Shown here piece by piece: positions 37,701 to 48,371 of a DNA stretch of 64,000 nt. The position numbers and the translations under genes were made by a program. Origin of the DNA: Minisyncoccota bacterium (GTDB lineage Bacteria; Patescibacteriota; Minisyncoccia; UBA6257; UBA9933). The notes beneath the pieces were generated by a model. It did no database searches and was not told the origin of the DNA. It saw nothing but the letters and a program-made list of their open reading frames with translations. Numbering within the stretch: position 1 is the stretch's first letter; every line of letters begins with the position of its first letter. The stretch spans positions 16,707 through 80,706 of the forward strand of contig JBAZEU010000002.1 of assembly GCA_041653755.1 (NCBI GenBank). Reading direction: 5' to 3'.

Positions 37701-37773
37701 GCGGCCCTAACTCAACGGAAGAGTGCTCCTGACCAGGGAGAAGTTGCGGGTTCGAATCCCGTGGGCCCGACCA
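37701..37773 (+). tRNA. degenerate tRNA-like element with canonical T-arm and encoded CCA (identity undetermined; possible pseudogene)
   Basis: GCGGG-TTCGAAT-CCCGT T-arm, 3' GGGCCCG-A-CCA, D-arm ACTC-AACGGAA-GAGT, but acceptor positions 1-2 unpaired and no clean anticodon stem. Confidence 0.35.
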
Positions 37774-37785
37774 AGCCTCACATCA

Positions 37786-37812
37786 AAATATCGATGTGGG
37801 GCTTTTTACTTT
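37786..37812 (+). terminator. rho-independent terminator
   Basis: cctcacatc/gatgtgggg hairpin followed by ctttttactttttt. Confidence 0.6.
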
Positions 37813-37846
37813 TTACAGCCAACAATTTTTAATATAGAATCCTTTT

Positions 37847-38989
37847 ATGCTTAGTGACAAGAAATCCGCCAGCCGGCGGATGAAAATTCTAGCGATTGAA
37901 ACGTCTTGTGATGAAACAGCGGTCGCCCTGCTTGAGGCGAGCGGCGGAATAAATCCTTCGGTAAGCTCAGGACCGAAATTTAAAATTTTAGAAAATTTAG
38001 TTGCGTCTCAAATTAAAATTCATCAACCATTTGGAGGAGTAGTTCCTAATTTAGCAAAACGAGAACACCTCAAGAATTTGCCGATTTTATATCGACAAAT
38101 TCTTGCAAATTCTAAATCCGAAATTCTAAATTCTAAACAAATTAAAAATAAGATAAATCATAAATCAAAATTCGAAATTAAAAATTGTGACCTTATCGCC
38201 GTCACTGTCGGCCCCGGGCTTGAACCATGTTTGTGGACCGGAATAAATTTTGCGCAAGAACTCCATAAAAAATTCCTGCCTACCGGCAGGCAGGCAAAAT
38301 TAAAAACAAAAATTGTTGGAGCATCTCATCTTGAGGGACATTTATATTCATCTTTACTAAATCCGAAAAAGAAAATTCAATTCCCCGCGGTGGCTCTAAT
38401 CGTCAGCGGTGGCCATACGAGCTTGATATTTATGAAAGATCTAACGCATCTTAAAAAACTTGGCGAAACCCGCGATGACGCAGCTGGAGAATCATTTGAT
38501 AAAGTGGCGCGATTATTAAAACTTCCTTATCCCGGCGGCCCGGAAATCGAAAAAATAGCGAAGAAAGGGGATTCGAACGCAATTAATTTTCCCCGACCGA
38601 TGCTTAACCAAAAAAATTATGATTTCAGCTTCTCCGGCCTTAAAACATCGGTTTTATATTATTTGAGAGATAATAAAGCGTTAATTAGTAATGTGGCAGC
38701 TTCGTTTCAAGAGGCTGCTTTTGACGTTTTAATCAAAAAAACCTTGAGAGCAGTTAGGGAGTTTGGCGCTAAAACAATTGTAGTCACCGGCGGCGTGGCA
38801 GCCAATAAAACCTTAGGGCAGATGTTTAAAAAAGCCGTCAAAAAGAATAAAATGAAAATAGGCTTAGTCATACCTGAAATAAAATTCTGCACTGATAATG
38901 CTGCTATGATTGCCGTCAGTGCGTATATTAATTATTTACGAAATAAAAAGTACAAATTGATTGCTAATTCGAATATAAACATTTCTTAA
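37847..38989 (+). CDS. tsaD: tRNA N6-adenosine threonylcarbamoyltransferase TsaD (with a lineage-specific insertion)
   Basis: ILAIETSCDETAVAL N-terminus; Kae1/YgjD-type motifs SGGV, GPGLEPCLWTG, FSGLKT. Confidence 0.8.
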   Translation: MLSDKKSASRRMKILAIETSCDETAVALLEASGGINPSVSSGPKFKILENLVASQIKIHQPFGGVVPNLAKREHLKNLPILYRQILANSKSEILNSKQIKNKINHKSKFEIKNCDLIAVTVGPGLEPCLWTGINFAQELHKKFLPTGRQAKLKTKIVGASHLEGHLYSSLLNPKKKIQFPAVALIVSGGHTSLIFMKDLTHLKKLGETRDDAAGESFDKVARLLKLPYPGGPEIEKIAKKGDSNAINFPRPMLNQKNYDFSFSGLKTSVLYYLRDNKALISNVAASFQEAAFDVLIKKTLRAVREFGAKTIVVTGGVAANKTLGQMFKKAVKKNKMKIGLVIPEIKFCTDNAAMIAVSAYINYLRNKKYKLIANSNINIS

Positions 38990-40065
38990 TGCCTTCTATT
39001 CTCAAAAAACTTGATTGGCCGTTGATGAGCTCAATGTTTTTTATAATGCTGGTTAGCTCTATTTCTCTTTTGTCTTCGTCGCCGGCCAAATTACGGCAGC
39101 AACTCGTTTGGTATTTGATAGGCGCTATAATCTTCTTTTTGATTCTAAAAATTAACTGGAAACCAATCACTAACTATTGGGGAGTGATAGTCGGAATTTA
39201 TTTTTTCGTGATTTTGCTTTTAGTCGTAACTTATTTTTTCGCGCCGTCAATTCGGGGAACTAGAAGTTGGTTGCAGATTGGAGGTTTCCAATTTCAACCG
39301 TCGGAATTAGCCAAGCTGGCTTTGATTCTCCTTTTCGCCAAATTTTTTTCCCGCAAACATATCAGTATCGCGCGCGTCTCTAATCTTTTATCTTCATTTA
39401 TTTATCTTGTAATCCCTCTGGCGTTAGTTGCGATTCAGCCGGACTTCGGCTCGGGCTTGATTTTATTTTTTATCTGGTTTGGCTTTCTTCTGGTATCAGG
39501 GATAAAGTGGCGGCATTTGGTTATCGCTCTGATTATTTTTTTGATTTTTGGCGCAGTTCTCTGGGTAAAAGTTTTAAAAGATTATCAGAAAGAAAGAATC
39601 ATGGTGTTTTTGTTTCCGAACAGAGACCCTTTGGGAATTAATTATTCGACCATTCAGGCGAAAATCGCCATTGGTTCAGCCGGTCTTTTTGGTCAAGGGT
39701 TCAAACAAGGAACACAAGTTCAGTTAGGGTTTTTGCCAGAGGTCCAAACGGACTTTATTTTAGCGGCTTTTATTGAGGAATGGGGGATTTTGCTTGGGGT
39801 TTTATTAATCTCCGTATTTTTCATAATGGTGACACGAATCATTAAAATCGGCCTTGAAGTAGAGAATAATTTTGACCGTCTTTTTTGTCTGGGAACGGCA
39901 ATTTTGTTTGTTGTCCAGTTTGCTTTTAATGCTGGGTCAAATCTGGGGCTAATGCCGGTTATTGGAGTCACTTTCCCGTTTTTAAGCTATGGCGGTTCAT
40001 CTCTGTTGACTGACTTTATTTTAGTTGGTATGGTAGAGAGTATAGCGGCTCAACGAGCCTTTTGA
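38989..40065 (+). CDS. SEDS-family peptidoglycan polymerase (FtsW/RodA/SpoVE)
   Basis: 10-TM protein with PDFGS and LPEVQTDFIL SEDS motifs. Confidence 0.8.
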   Translation: MPSILKKLDWPLMSSMFFIMLVSSISLLSSSPAKLRQQLVWYLIGAIIFFLILKINWKPITNYWGVIVGIYFFVILLLVVTYFFAPSIRGTRSWLQIGGFQFQPSELAKLALILLFAKFFSRKHISIARVSNLLSSFIYLVIPLALVAIQPDFGSGLILFFIWFGFLLVSGIKWRHLVIALIIFLIFGAVLWVKVLKDYQKERIMVFLFPNRDPLGINYSTIQAKIAIGSAGLFGQGFKQGTQVQLGFLPEVQTDFILAAFIEEWGILLGVLLISVFFIMVTRIIKIGLEVENNFDRLFCLGTAILFVVQFAFNAGSNLGLMPVIGVTFPFLSYGGSSLLTDFILVGMVESIAAQRAF

Positions 40066-40099
40066 GGATTCTTTTTAAGAATATTAAGAATCGGAATCA

Positions 40100-41128
40100 A
40101 TGTTCCAATTGAGAAATTTTTTGTTGCTTTTTTTACTTTTTATCCTAATCGTTGGTGGGACGATTTTTTTTGCATTAAATTTAAGACCAGTTTCAACAGA
40201 TAAAACGCAAAGTATTTTAGAAATTTCTCAGGGAATGTCTTTCAATCAGATTGTCAATCAGCTTCACGATAAAGGATTAATCCGGTCATCAAAAATTTTT
40301 AAAGCTTTCGCTTTATTAAGCGGGCAAGCTCATCAGTTTAAACCGGGTGAATATTTTTTAAGTCCTAATTTATCATCGAAAGAGATTATCAATTATTTAA
40401 CGAATGGGCCAAAAGAAATTTCAATTACTATAATTCCCGGCAGGACATTAAAAGAGATAGACGATCTTTTATCCAGTAGCGGCGTTATAAAAAAGGGAGA
40501 TTTAATCGGGTTAAGCGTAAACGAAGTTTTTTCAGTTGACCAAGACAAATATTTTTTCTTGAAAGATAAAAAAACACTCGAAGGATTTCTTTTGCCGGAT
40601 ACTTATCGATTTTTACCGGGAGAAACCGCCAAAACAGTGGCCTTAAAGATACTGGATAACTTCGAGGCCAAGGCCTTGCAAAGTTTTAAGAAGGGTGCTA
40701 GTATAAACGTGAAAGAGGATTTTGATTACAAAACCCTCATTTTGGCATCTCTCTTAGAGAAAGAAATTCCTGTCTACGAAGATCAGAGAATTGCCGCTGG
40801 TATTTTTCAAAAACGACTTAAAATAGGAATGCCGTTGCAGATTGATGCTTGTATTTTATACGCGAAATGCGATGGACGATTTATAAATTGTTCAACGCTT
40901 CAGAAAGAAGATTTTAAAATTGATTCGCCGTATAACACATATTTAAACAAGGGATTAGTGCCTACACCGATTTCCAATCCTTCAAGCTCTACTATTGAGG
41001 CAGCTGCGAACCCGATACCGTCTGATTATTTATATTATTTAGCAAAACCTAAAACAAACCAAACAATTTTTTCTAAAACATTTGAAGAACATAACCGCAA
41101 TCGGTATCAATATTTATTAAATAATTAG
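40100..41128 (+). CDS. mltG: MltG/YceG-family endolytic transglycosylase (core copy)
   Basis: N-terminal TM; YceG-like domain; YNTYLNKGLVPTPISNP. Confidence 0.75.
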   Translation: MFQLRNFLLLFLLFILIVGGTIFFALNLRPVSTDKTQSILEISQGMSFNQIVNQLHDKGLIRSSKIFKAFALLSGQAHQFKPGEYFLSPNLSSKEIINYLTNGPKEISITIIPGRTLKEIDDLLSSSGVIKKGDLIGLSVNEVFSVDQDKYFFLKDKKTLEGFLLPDTYRFLPGETAKTVALKILDNFEAKALQSFKKGASINVKEDFDYKTLILASLLEKEIPVYEDQRIAAGIFQKRLKIGMPLQIDACILYAKCDGRFINCSTLQKEDFKIDSPYNTYLNKGLVPTPISNPSSSTIEAAANPIPSDYLYYLAKPKTNQTIFSKTFEEHNRNRYQYLLNN

Positions 41129-41175
41129 GAGTTTTCGCTCTGCGTTTTAGCGGAGGATTTTGTTTTGTTTTTGAG

Positions 41176-44100
41176 ATGAATAAATTACCCACCAAAAATT
41201 TTTCTTCTCGGCCATCAATTCCTGTTGAACAGCCAAAATTGATTGAGATTCAAACCGCCTCTTGGCGTTGGTTTGTTGAAAAAGGAATAAAAGAGCTCTT
41301 TGAAGAAATTTCTCCGATTAAAGATTATTCCGGAAAAGAAATGGATTTGTATTTGATGGATTATTACTTTGATGAACCAAAGCACGACGAGGAAACCGCT
41401 CGCAGCAAAGAACTCACTTACGAAGCTGCGCTCCGAGCCAAGGCAAAACTGGTCAATCATAGATTAAAACAGACAAAAGAGCAGGAAATTTATTTGGGCG
41501 ATTTTCCGGTCATGACTTCCCGCGGCACTTTTATCATTAATGGCGTGGAGAGAGTTGTTGTATCCCAGCTGATTCGTTCAGCTGGGCTTTATTTTACGGC
41601 GGACGTTGTTAAAGGCAGAAAACTTTTTGGCGCAAAAATTATTCCTAATCGTGGCAGCTGGATTGAGTTCACAACCGAGCCGGATGGATTTTTAAGCGTT
41701 AAAATTGACAGGCATCGTCGTGTGGCGGTAACAGACCTTCTTAGAATTTTTTCTCTCCCGAATTCCGAAAAAAGTTTTAAGAGTAACGAAGAAATTCTAA
41801 AAGCTTTTTCGAGCATCGATAACGGCCAGATAAAGTTTATCAAAAAAACTCTTGATAAAGATTCGGCCAAGACAGCTTCGGAGTCATATATCGAAATTTA
41901 TAAACGGTTAAGACCGGGTGATTTGGCGACTCCAGAAAATGCTCAAAGCTTGATTGATGCGATGTTCAAGCGTTTAGATCGTTATAGCTTGTCAGCCGTT
42001 GGAAGATATAAATTGAATCAACGTCTTGAATTAAAAAACAAGATAAGTCACCTTGTTGATTTGGAAGATTTAGTGGCAATCACTAAAGAAATTATCCGAT
42101 TGAATAATGATCCTTTGGCTGAACCGGACGACATTGATCATTTGTCAAATCGTCGAATAAAAGCGGTTGGTGAACTTCTTCAAACCCGTTTAAGAATTGG
42201 TTTCCAAAGAACGAGAAGGACGGTGCAAGACAGAATGTCCACTTTGGATTTGGCAACGCTTTTGCCGGCCCAACTTATAAATTCTCGACTATTAGTTTCG
42301 GTGGTAAGAGAATTCTTAACAACTTCGCAGTTATCCCAATTTATGGATCAACACAATCCGTTGGCGGAGTTGGAGCACAAGAGACGGCTTTCTTCGCTGG
42401 GGCCAGGCGGTTTAACCCGGGAAAGAGCAAAATTCGAAGTTCGAGATGTTCACCCTTCTTATTACGGCCGAATTTGTCCTATTCAAACTCCGGAAGGCCA
42501 GAATATCGGTTTGATAAACCATTTGGCTAATTATAGCCGGCTCAATGAATTTGGATTTCTGACGACTCCTTATCTGAAAGTCAAAAAGGGCGTTATTACC
42601 AATGAAGTAATTTGGCTTGAGGCCAACGAAGAACAAAAATATAAAATTGCTCAAGGTAATACCAATGTTGATGAGAAAGGAAGAATCTTGGAAGAAATCT
42701 TAGAGGCAAGAATTAACGGTGAACCATCAACCTGCAAAAAAGAAGAAGTTGATTTAATTGACGCTTCACCGCAACAGGTAGTAAGCGTGGCAACATCTTT
42801 AATTCCTTTCTTGGAGCACAACGATGCCAACCGGGCGTTGATGGGTTCAAACATGCAAAGACAGGCTGTGCCTTTGGTCAAACCCAGCGCGCCATTAGTT
42901 TCAACCGGCATAGAAGATAAAGCGGCTTACGATTCGGGGTATGTGGTTATCAGCGGTTTTGACGGAGTGGTTCAAGAGGTGGACGCTTCAAAAGTTGTTA
43001 TCAAAACAAAAGAGGGAAAAACAAAAACTTATCATCTTTATAAATTTAGGCGTTCAAACCAATATACCTGCATTTCTCAAAAACCTTTAGTCAAAAAAGG
43101 ACAGAAAATAAAGAAGGGGGATATTTTAGCTGATGGTCCTTCGATGGACAACGGCACTTTGGCTCTTGGTCAGAATCTTTTAGTAGCTTTTATGCCTTTC
43201 GAAGGCGCTAATTTTGAAGACGCAATTATTCTTTCTGAACGCGTGGTGAGAGACGATTTATTCAGTTCTATTCATATTGAAGATTTTTATTGCGATATTA
43301 GAGAAACAAAACTGGGTCCGGAAATTACCACTTGTGATATTCCGAATGTTTCTGAAGAAAAATTAAGAAATCTTGACGAAGAAGGAATTATTCGGATTGG
43401 CGCTGAAGTTAAGGCCGGAGATATTTTAGTCGGAAAAATTTCCCCAAAGGGTGAGGTGGAATTAACGCCTGAAGAAAAATTGCTTCAGGCGATTTTTGGC
43501 GAACAAGCCAGAGATATCAAAGATACTTCTTTAGTTTTGCCGCACGGTAAAAGCGGACGAGTAATAAGAGTAAAAATCTTTTCACGGGATCAAGGCGATA
43601 AGCTTGAGCCGGGAGTGATAAAAAGAATTCAGGTTGAAGTCGCTAAATTAAGAAATCTTAGGGCGGGTGACAAGCTTTCCGGCCGCCACGGAAACAAAGG
43701 GGTGGTCTCGCAGGTTAGAGTAATGGAAGACATGCCTTATCTTGAAGACGGTACGCCTGTTGACGTCATTCTCAATCCTTTAGGCGTCGGTAAAAGAATG
43801 AACTTGGGCCAGATTTTGGAAACTCATCTTGGAATGGCTGCCAAGAAATTAAATTATCGAGCCATAACACCTATTTTTATCGGCGCTACTGAAAAACAAA
43901 TTAAAGAGGAGTTAAAGAAAGCCGGCGTTGCGGAAGACGGGAAAATGACCTTATACGATGGAAGAACCGGTCAGTCATTTCCGAAACCAGTAACTGTCGG
44001 TTGTATTTATATAATGAAGCTTCTTCATTTGGTTGAAGATAAAATCCATATGCGCGCTATCGGTCCTTATTCATTGATTACTCAGCAGCCGCTTGGCGGA

Positions 44101-44373
44101 AAAGCTCAGTTCGGCGGACAGAGATTTGGAGAGATGGAGGTCTGGGCTTTAGAAGGTTACGGTGCCGCCCATACGTTACAGGAAATGTTGACTATCAAAT
44201 CAGACGATGTTTTGGGGCGTTCAGCCGCTTTTGAATCAATTATTCGCGGTGAAAAAATTAAAAAACCAAACATTCCTTCGGTATTCAACGTAATGATAAG
44301 CGAATTAAAAGCGTTGGGTTTGAATATTGACCAGATGAACGAAGACGAAACAAAAAATAAAAACAATGGATAA
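41176..44373 (+). CDS. rpoB: DNA-directed RNA polymerase subunit beta
   Basis: 1065 aa with conserved RpoB blocks (SQLSQFMDQ-NPL, GRHGNKGV). Confidence 0.95.
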   Translation: MNKLPTKNFSSRPSIPVEQPKLIEIQTASWRWFVEKGIKELFEEISPIKDYSGKEMDLYLMDYYFDEPKHDEETARSKELTYEAALRAKAKLVNHRLKQTKEQEIYLGDFPVMTSRGTFIINGVERVVVSQLIRSAGLYFTADVVKGRKLFGAKIIPNRGSWIEFTTEPDGFLSVKIDRHRRVAVTDLLRIFSLPNSEKSFKSNEEILKAFSSIDNGQIKFIKKTLDKDSAKTASESYIEIYKRLRPGDLATPENAQSLIDAMFKRLDRYSLSAVGRYKLNQRLELKNKISHLVDLEDLVAITKEIIRLNNDPLAEPDDIDHLSNRRIKAVGELLQTRLRIGFQRTRRTVQDRMSTLDLATLLPAQLINSRLLVSVVREFLTTSQLSQFMDQHNPLAELEHKRRLSSLGPGGLTRERAKFEVRDVHPSYYGRICPIQTPEGQNIGLINHLANYSRLNEFGFLTTPYLKVKKGVITNEVIWLEANEEQKYKIAQGNTNVDEKGRILEEILEARINGEPSTCKKEEVDLIDASPQQVVSVATSLIPFLEHNDANRALMGSNMQRQAVPLVKPSAPLVSTGIEDKAAYDSGYVVISGFDGVVQEVDASKVVIKTKEGKTKTYHLYKFRRSNQYTCISQKPLVKKGQKIKKGDILADGPSMDNGTLALGQNLLVAFMPFEGANFEDAIILSERVVRDDLFSSIHIEDFYCDIRETKLGPEITTCDIPNVSEEKLRNLDEEGIIRIGAEVKAGDILVGKISPKGEVELTPEEKLLQAIFGEQARDIKDTSLVLPHGKSGRVIRVKIFSRDQGDKLEPGVIKRIQVEVAKLRNLRAGDKLSGRHGNKGVVSQVRVMEDMPYLEDGTPVDVILNPLGVGKRMNLGQILETHLGMAAKKLNYRAITPIFIGATEKQIKEELKKAGVAEDGKMTLYDGRTGQSFPKPVTVGCIYIMKLLHLVEDKIHMRAIGPYSLITQQPLGGKAQFGGQRFGEMEVWALEGYGAAHTLQEMLTIKSDDVLGRSAAFESIIRGEKIKKPNIPSVFNVMISELKALGLNIDQMNEDETKNKNNG

Positions 44374-47300
44374 TTTATTTGCTCTAAAAATTAAAATTGC
44401 CTCGCCGGAAGATATTCTCTCTTGGTCAAAGGGTGAAGTTACAAAACCGGAAACGATAAATTATCGAACTCAGCGTCCGGAAAAAGACGGGCTTTTCTCG
44501 GAAAAGATTTTCGGTCCGGCTCGGGACTACGAATGTTACTGCGGGAAATACAGAGGCGTGCGTTACAAAAATACTGTTTGCGAACGTTGCGGCGTTGAAG
44601 TGACTAATTCTATCGTCAGGCGCGAAAGAATGGGCCATATCACCTTGGCAACGCCGGTTACGCATATTTGGTTTTTAAAGAGCTTGCCGTCAAAAGTAGG
44701 TTTGTTTTTGGATATTCCTCTATCAAAACTGGAAAAAGTTATTTATTACGCTAATTATGTTGTTACAAACGTTAATGAAGATGAGAAAAAGAAATCTCTT
44801 TCAGAAATTGAAAAAGAATATAATTCAAGAAAGAAAACTTTAAAAGGGCAGGATCTTAAAGAATTTCAAACGGCAACTCTTACGGCCAAGCAAGAGCTTA
44901 CCGCGCTTAAACCGGGGAAAGTTTTAGCCGAAGCCGAATATTTTAATTTGGCCAGCAGATTCCCGAATGTTTTTGAGGCCTCAAGCGGAGCCGAAGCGGT
45001 CAGAAAGATTTTAGAAAAAATTGATTTGAAGAAATTAGCTTCTAAAACAAAAGAAGAAATCGAGAAGACCAAAGAAAAAATTCAATCTCAAAAATTATTT
45101 TATCGTCTTCAATTGATTCGTTCTTTCTTAAAAAACAACATGCGTCCTGAATGGATGATTTTGACGGTTTTGCCGGTTTTGCCGCCTGATTTAAGACCGA
45201 TGGTTGCCCTTGATGGCGGACGTTATGCCACTTCTGATCTTAACGATCTTTATCGCAGAGTTATCAATCGTAACAACCGATTGAAAAAATTATTGGAATT
45301 GAAAGCGCCGGAAGTTATCATTATCAACGAAAAAAGAATGCTTCAGGAAGCTGTCGACGCGTTGATTGATAATTCAGCCCGGCTTGGCACTCAAGGCCAG
45401 CAGTCGCAAGCCAGTCAGCAACCGACAAGATCTCTCGCTGACATTATCAAAGGCAAACAAGGAAGATTCCGTCAGAATCTTTTAGGCAAGAGAGTTGATT
45501 ATTCTGGTAGGTCAGTAATCGTGGTTGGCCCTCAACTGGAGCTTAACCAGTGCGGATTGCCTAAGAAAATGGCTTTGGAACTTTTCCGACCTTTCGTGAT
45601 CAGTAAAATTATTGAGAGCGGAGCGGCTTATAACGTTAAAAACTCCAATCGTTTAATCGAGCAAGCCGGCCCGGAAATTTGGGCGATTCTTGAAGAGGTG
45701 ATCAAAAACAAAGTTATTCTTTTAAACCGCGCTCCGACGCTTCACCGTTTGGGTATTCAGGCGTTCAGACCGTTATTGACCGAAGATCTTTGTATTAAAA
45801 TTCCGCCAATGGTTTGTACGGCGTTTAACGCTGATTTTGACGGCGATCAGATGCCGGTGCATTTGCCGTTGACTGATGAAGCGCAGAAAGAATCAATTGA
45901 TAGAATGATTGCTTCCAATAATCTATTAAAGCCTGCTACCGGTGAACCGATAGTCACACCGACTAACGATATTGTTTTAGGATGTTACTTCTTAACTAAG
46001 ATTAACGAGAAAGCCAAAGGGAGTGGCAAGATTTTCCTTGGCCCAGAGGACGTTTTAACATCTTTCCAGTTTGGAGAAATAGATATCAATGCGTTGATAA
46101 AGGTTAAGTATATTGAAAAAGGCGGAAAGTTTAAGGACTTAGAAACAAGCTGCGGCAGAATTATTTTCAACAATGCTTTGCCGGAAGATTTTACGTTCGT
46201 AAATAAATTATTGGTTAATAAATCGCTTCAAGAAATTGTTTCGTTATTAATCGAGAATTACGGAATTAAAAAAGTTGGCGCCATTTTAGATGGTATAAAG
46301 GAGCTAGGGTTTATGTACGCGACTATTTCCGGCACCACATGGGGTATGGATGATTTGCCTGTCTTCAAAGAAAAAGGCGCGATTATGGCACAGGCCGAAA
46401 AAGCGGTTGATTTGGTAAAACAGCAATATGAGCAAGGCCTTTTAACTGATTTCGAACGCAAAGCAAGAATTATAGAAATTTGGGAAGGAGTGAAAGATAC
46501 TATCCAAAAAGTTCTTCCTAGCGCTTTTGATCCGCATGGCTCGGTTTATTCTATTATTGATTCAAGAGCCAGAGGCAGTTGGATGCAGCCGTTGCAAATG
46601 GTGGGTATGAAAGGGTTAGTGCAAAATCCGAAAGGTGAAACCATCGAGTTGCCGATTAAATCTTGCTACAAGGATGGTCTTTCTGTTTTGGAATACTTTA
46701 TTTCTACCCATGGCGCCAGAAAAGGTTTGACCGATACAGCGTTGAAAACCGCTTCGGCCGGATATTTGACCAGAAGAATGGTAGACGTCAATCAAGACGT
46801 GGTGATTCGCGAGAAAGATTGCGGCACCCAAGAAGGTATCGATATATATAGGAAAGAAGGCGAAGGGTTTGGTTACAATTTTGGACCGCGAGTATTCTCC
46901 CGCACTGCCGCTGAAGATATTAAGATTGGCAATAAAATTTTAGTAAAGAAAGGACAAATTATCGACAGAAAAGCAGTGGAGTTAATCGAAAAATCAAAAA
47001 TTGAAAAAGTAAAAATTTATTCTCCTATAACTTGCAAAACTCTTTATGGCCTTTGCTCAAAATGTTATGGGTTTGATTTAGCCACTTTGAAACCAGTTGA
47101 AGTCGGTGAAGCAGTTGGTATCATCGCCGCTCAATCGATCGGTGAGCCGGGAACACAGTTGACTTTAAGAACATTCCACACTGGTGGTGTTGCTGGTGTT
47201 GACATTACTCATGGTTTGCCCCGCGTTGAAGAACTTTTGGAAAATAGGTTGCCTAAAGGTTATGCTCCTTTGGCGCCGGCTGACGGCGTGGTAGACGATA

Positions 47301-47944
47301 TTGAAATTCGCGGTCAATTAAAAGTTGTGAAAATTAAAGTTGCCGGAAAAACAAAGAAAACCAAAACAATAGAATATTTAGTGCCAAGAACCGCGGAAGT
47401 GTTTATGAAACCTGGCCAGAAGATTAAAAAAGGCGAACAACTTTTCGAAGGTAACTTGAGCTTGCGAGAATTGATGAATTTGCGCGGACGTCGGGATGCC
47501 GAAAGATATGTCATCAACGAAATCCAAAGAATCTATGTTTCTGAGGGAAGTAATATTAACGACAAGCATATTGAAATTCTGGTAAGGCAAATGTTCTCTC
47601 GAATGAGGATAAAAGAATCTGGCGATAGCAGTTTTGTTTCTGGCGAAATAATGGAGAAATCAAAACTAACGGAAGCTAACAAAATTTTGAAGAAATCAAA
47701 CAAGGCTTCTGCGGTTGGTGAACAATTATTGATGGGTATCTCTCGGGTTGCTATTTCTTCCGATAGTTTCTTGTCAGCCGCTTCTTTCCAGGAAACAGTC
47801 AGAGTTCTAACTACTGCCGCTTGTGAGGGAAAAGTTGATAAGCTTCTTGGTCTTAAAGAAAATGTTATTATCGGTCGATTAATTCCAGCTGGAACAGGTC
47901 TTGAAAAAGAGGTAGGTCTTGAGAAAAAAGAAGAAATCATTTAA
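44366..47944 (+). CDS. rpoC: DNA-directed RNA polymerase subunit beta'
   Basis: 1192 aa; zinc-binding CYCGKY ... CERCG and NADFDGDQM catalytic motif. Confidence 0.95.
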   Translation: MDNLFALKIKIASPEDILSWSKGEVTKPETINYRTQRPEKDGLFSEKIFGPARDYECYCGKYRGVRYKNTVCERCGVEVTNSIVRRERMGHITLATPVTHIWFLKSLPSKVGLFLDIPLSKLEKVIYYANYVVTNVNEDEKKKSLSEIEKEYNSRKKTLKGQDLKEFQTATLTAKQELTALKPGKVLAEAEYFNLASRFPNVFEASSGAEAVRKILEKIDLKKLASKTKEEIEKTKEKIQSQKLFYRLQLIRSFLKNNMRPEWMILTVLPVLPPDLRPMVALDGGRYATSDLNDLYRRVINRNNRLKKLLELKAPEVIIINEKRMLQEAVDALIDNSARLGTQGQQSQASQQPTRSLADIIKGKQGRFRQNLLGKRVDYSGRSVIVVGPQLELNQCGLPKKMALELFRPFVISKIIESGAAYNVKNSNRLIEQAGPEIWAILEEVIKNKVILLNRAPTLHRLGIQAFRPLLTEDLCIKIPPMVCTAFNADFDGDQMPVHLPLTDEAQKESIDRMIASNNLLKPATGEPIVTPTNDIVLGCYFLTKINEKAKGSGKIFLGPEDVLTSFQFGEIDINALIKVKYIEKGGKFKDLETSCGRIIFNNALPEDFTFVNKLLVNKSLQEIVSLLIENYGIKKVGAILDGIKELGFMYATISGTTWGMDDLPVFKEKGAIMAQAEKAVDLVKQQYEQGLLTDFERKARIIEIWEGVKDTIQKVLPSAFDPHGSVYSIIDSRARGSWMQPLQMVGMKGLVQNPKGETIELPIKSCYKDGLSVLEYFISTHGARKGLTDTALKTASAGYLTRRMVDVNQDVVIREKDCGTQEGIDIYRKEGEGFGYNFGPRVFSRTAAEDIKIGNKILVKKGQIIDRKAVELIEKSKIEKVKIYSPITCKTLYGLCSKCYGFDLATLKPVEVGEAVGIIAAQSIGEPGTQLTLRTFHTGGVAGVDITHGLPRVEELLENRLPKGYAPLAPADGVVDDIEIRGQLKVVKIKVAGKTKKTKTIEYLVPRTAEVFMKPGQKIKKGEQLFEGNLSLRELMNLRGRRDAERYVINEIQRIYVSEGSNINDKHIEILVRQMFSRMRIKESGDSSFVSGEIMEKSKLTEANKILKKSNKASAVGEQLLMGISRVAISSDSFLSAASFQETVRVLTTAACEGKVDKLLGLKENVIIGRLIPAGTGLEKEVGLEKKEEII

Positions 47945-47953
47945 TATCTTCAA

Positions 47954-48370
47954 ATGAACGAACAGCAAAAATTTTACGAAATTGGTTTTGTCTCTGGCGT
48001 AGAAGAAGGCAAGGCGCAGGTAGAAAAGACGATAAAGGACCTGCAGGGAGAAATAACCAGAGAGGGAGAGAACTTAAAGTTGAGGTTATCTTATCCGATT
48101 AATAAGCAGACAAATGGCTTTTTTTCTTATGTTCAGTTCATGTTAGACCCGAAGGACATAGACGTTTTAAAAAAGACGTTAAAGCTTAATTCTTCGATAT
48201 TAAGATTTCTTGTTATAAAGCCAACTGAAGAAAAAGAGAGGACCCAGCCGGAAAAAGAAATAAAAAGAGAAAGAGTTGTTTCAGCTCCGGTTGAATTGCC
48301 AAGCCGAAAATCTACGGATACTTTAAGCAACGAAGAATTAGAAAAAAAGATAGAGGAAATATTGCAATAA
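47954..48370 (+). CDS. rpsF: 30S ribosomal protein S6
   Basis: YEIGFV ... N-terminal bS6 pattern; conserved rpsF-ssb-rpsR order. Confidence 0.8.
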   Translation: MNEQQKFYEIGFVSGVEEGKAQVEKTIKDLQGEITREGENLKLRLSYPINKQTNGFFSYVQFMLDPKDIDVLKKTLKLNSSILRFLVIKPTEEKERTQPEKEIKRERVVSAPVELPSRKSTDTLSNEELEKKIEEILQ

Positions 48371-48371
48371 T

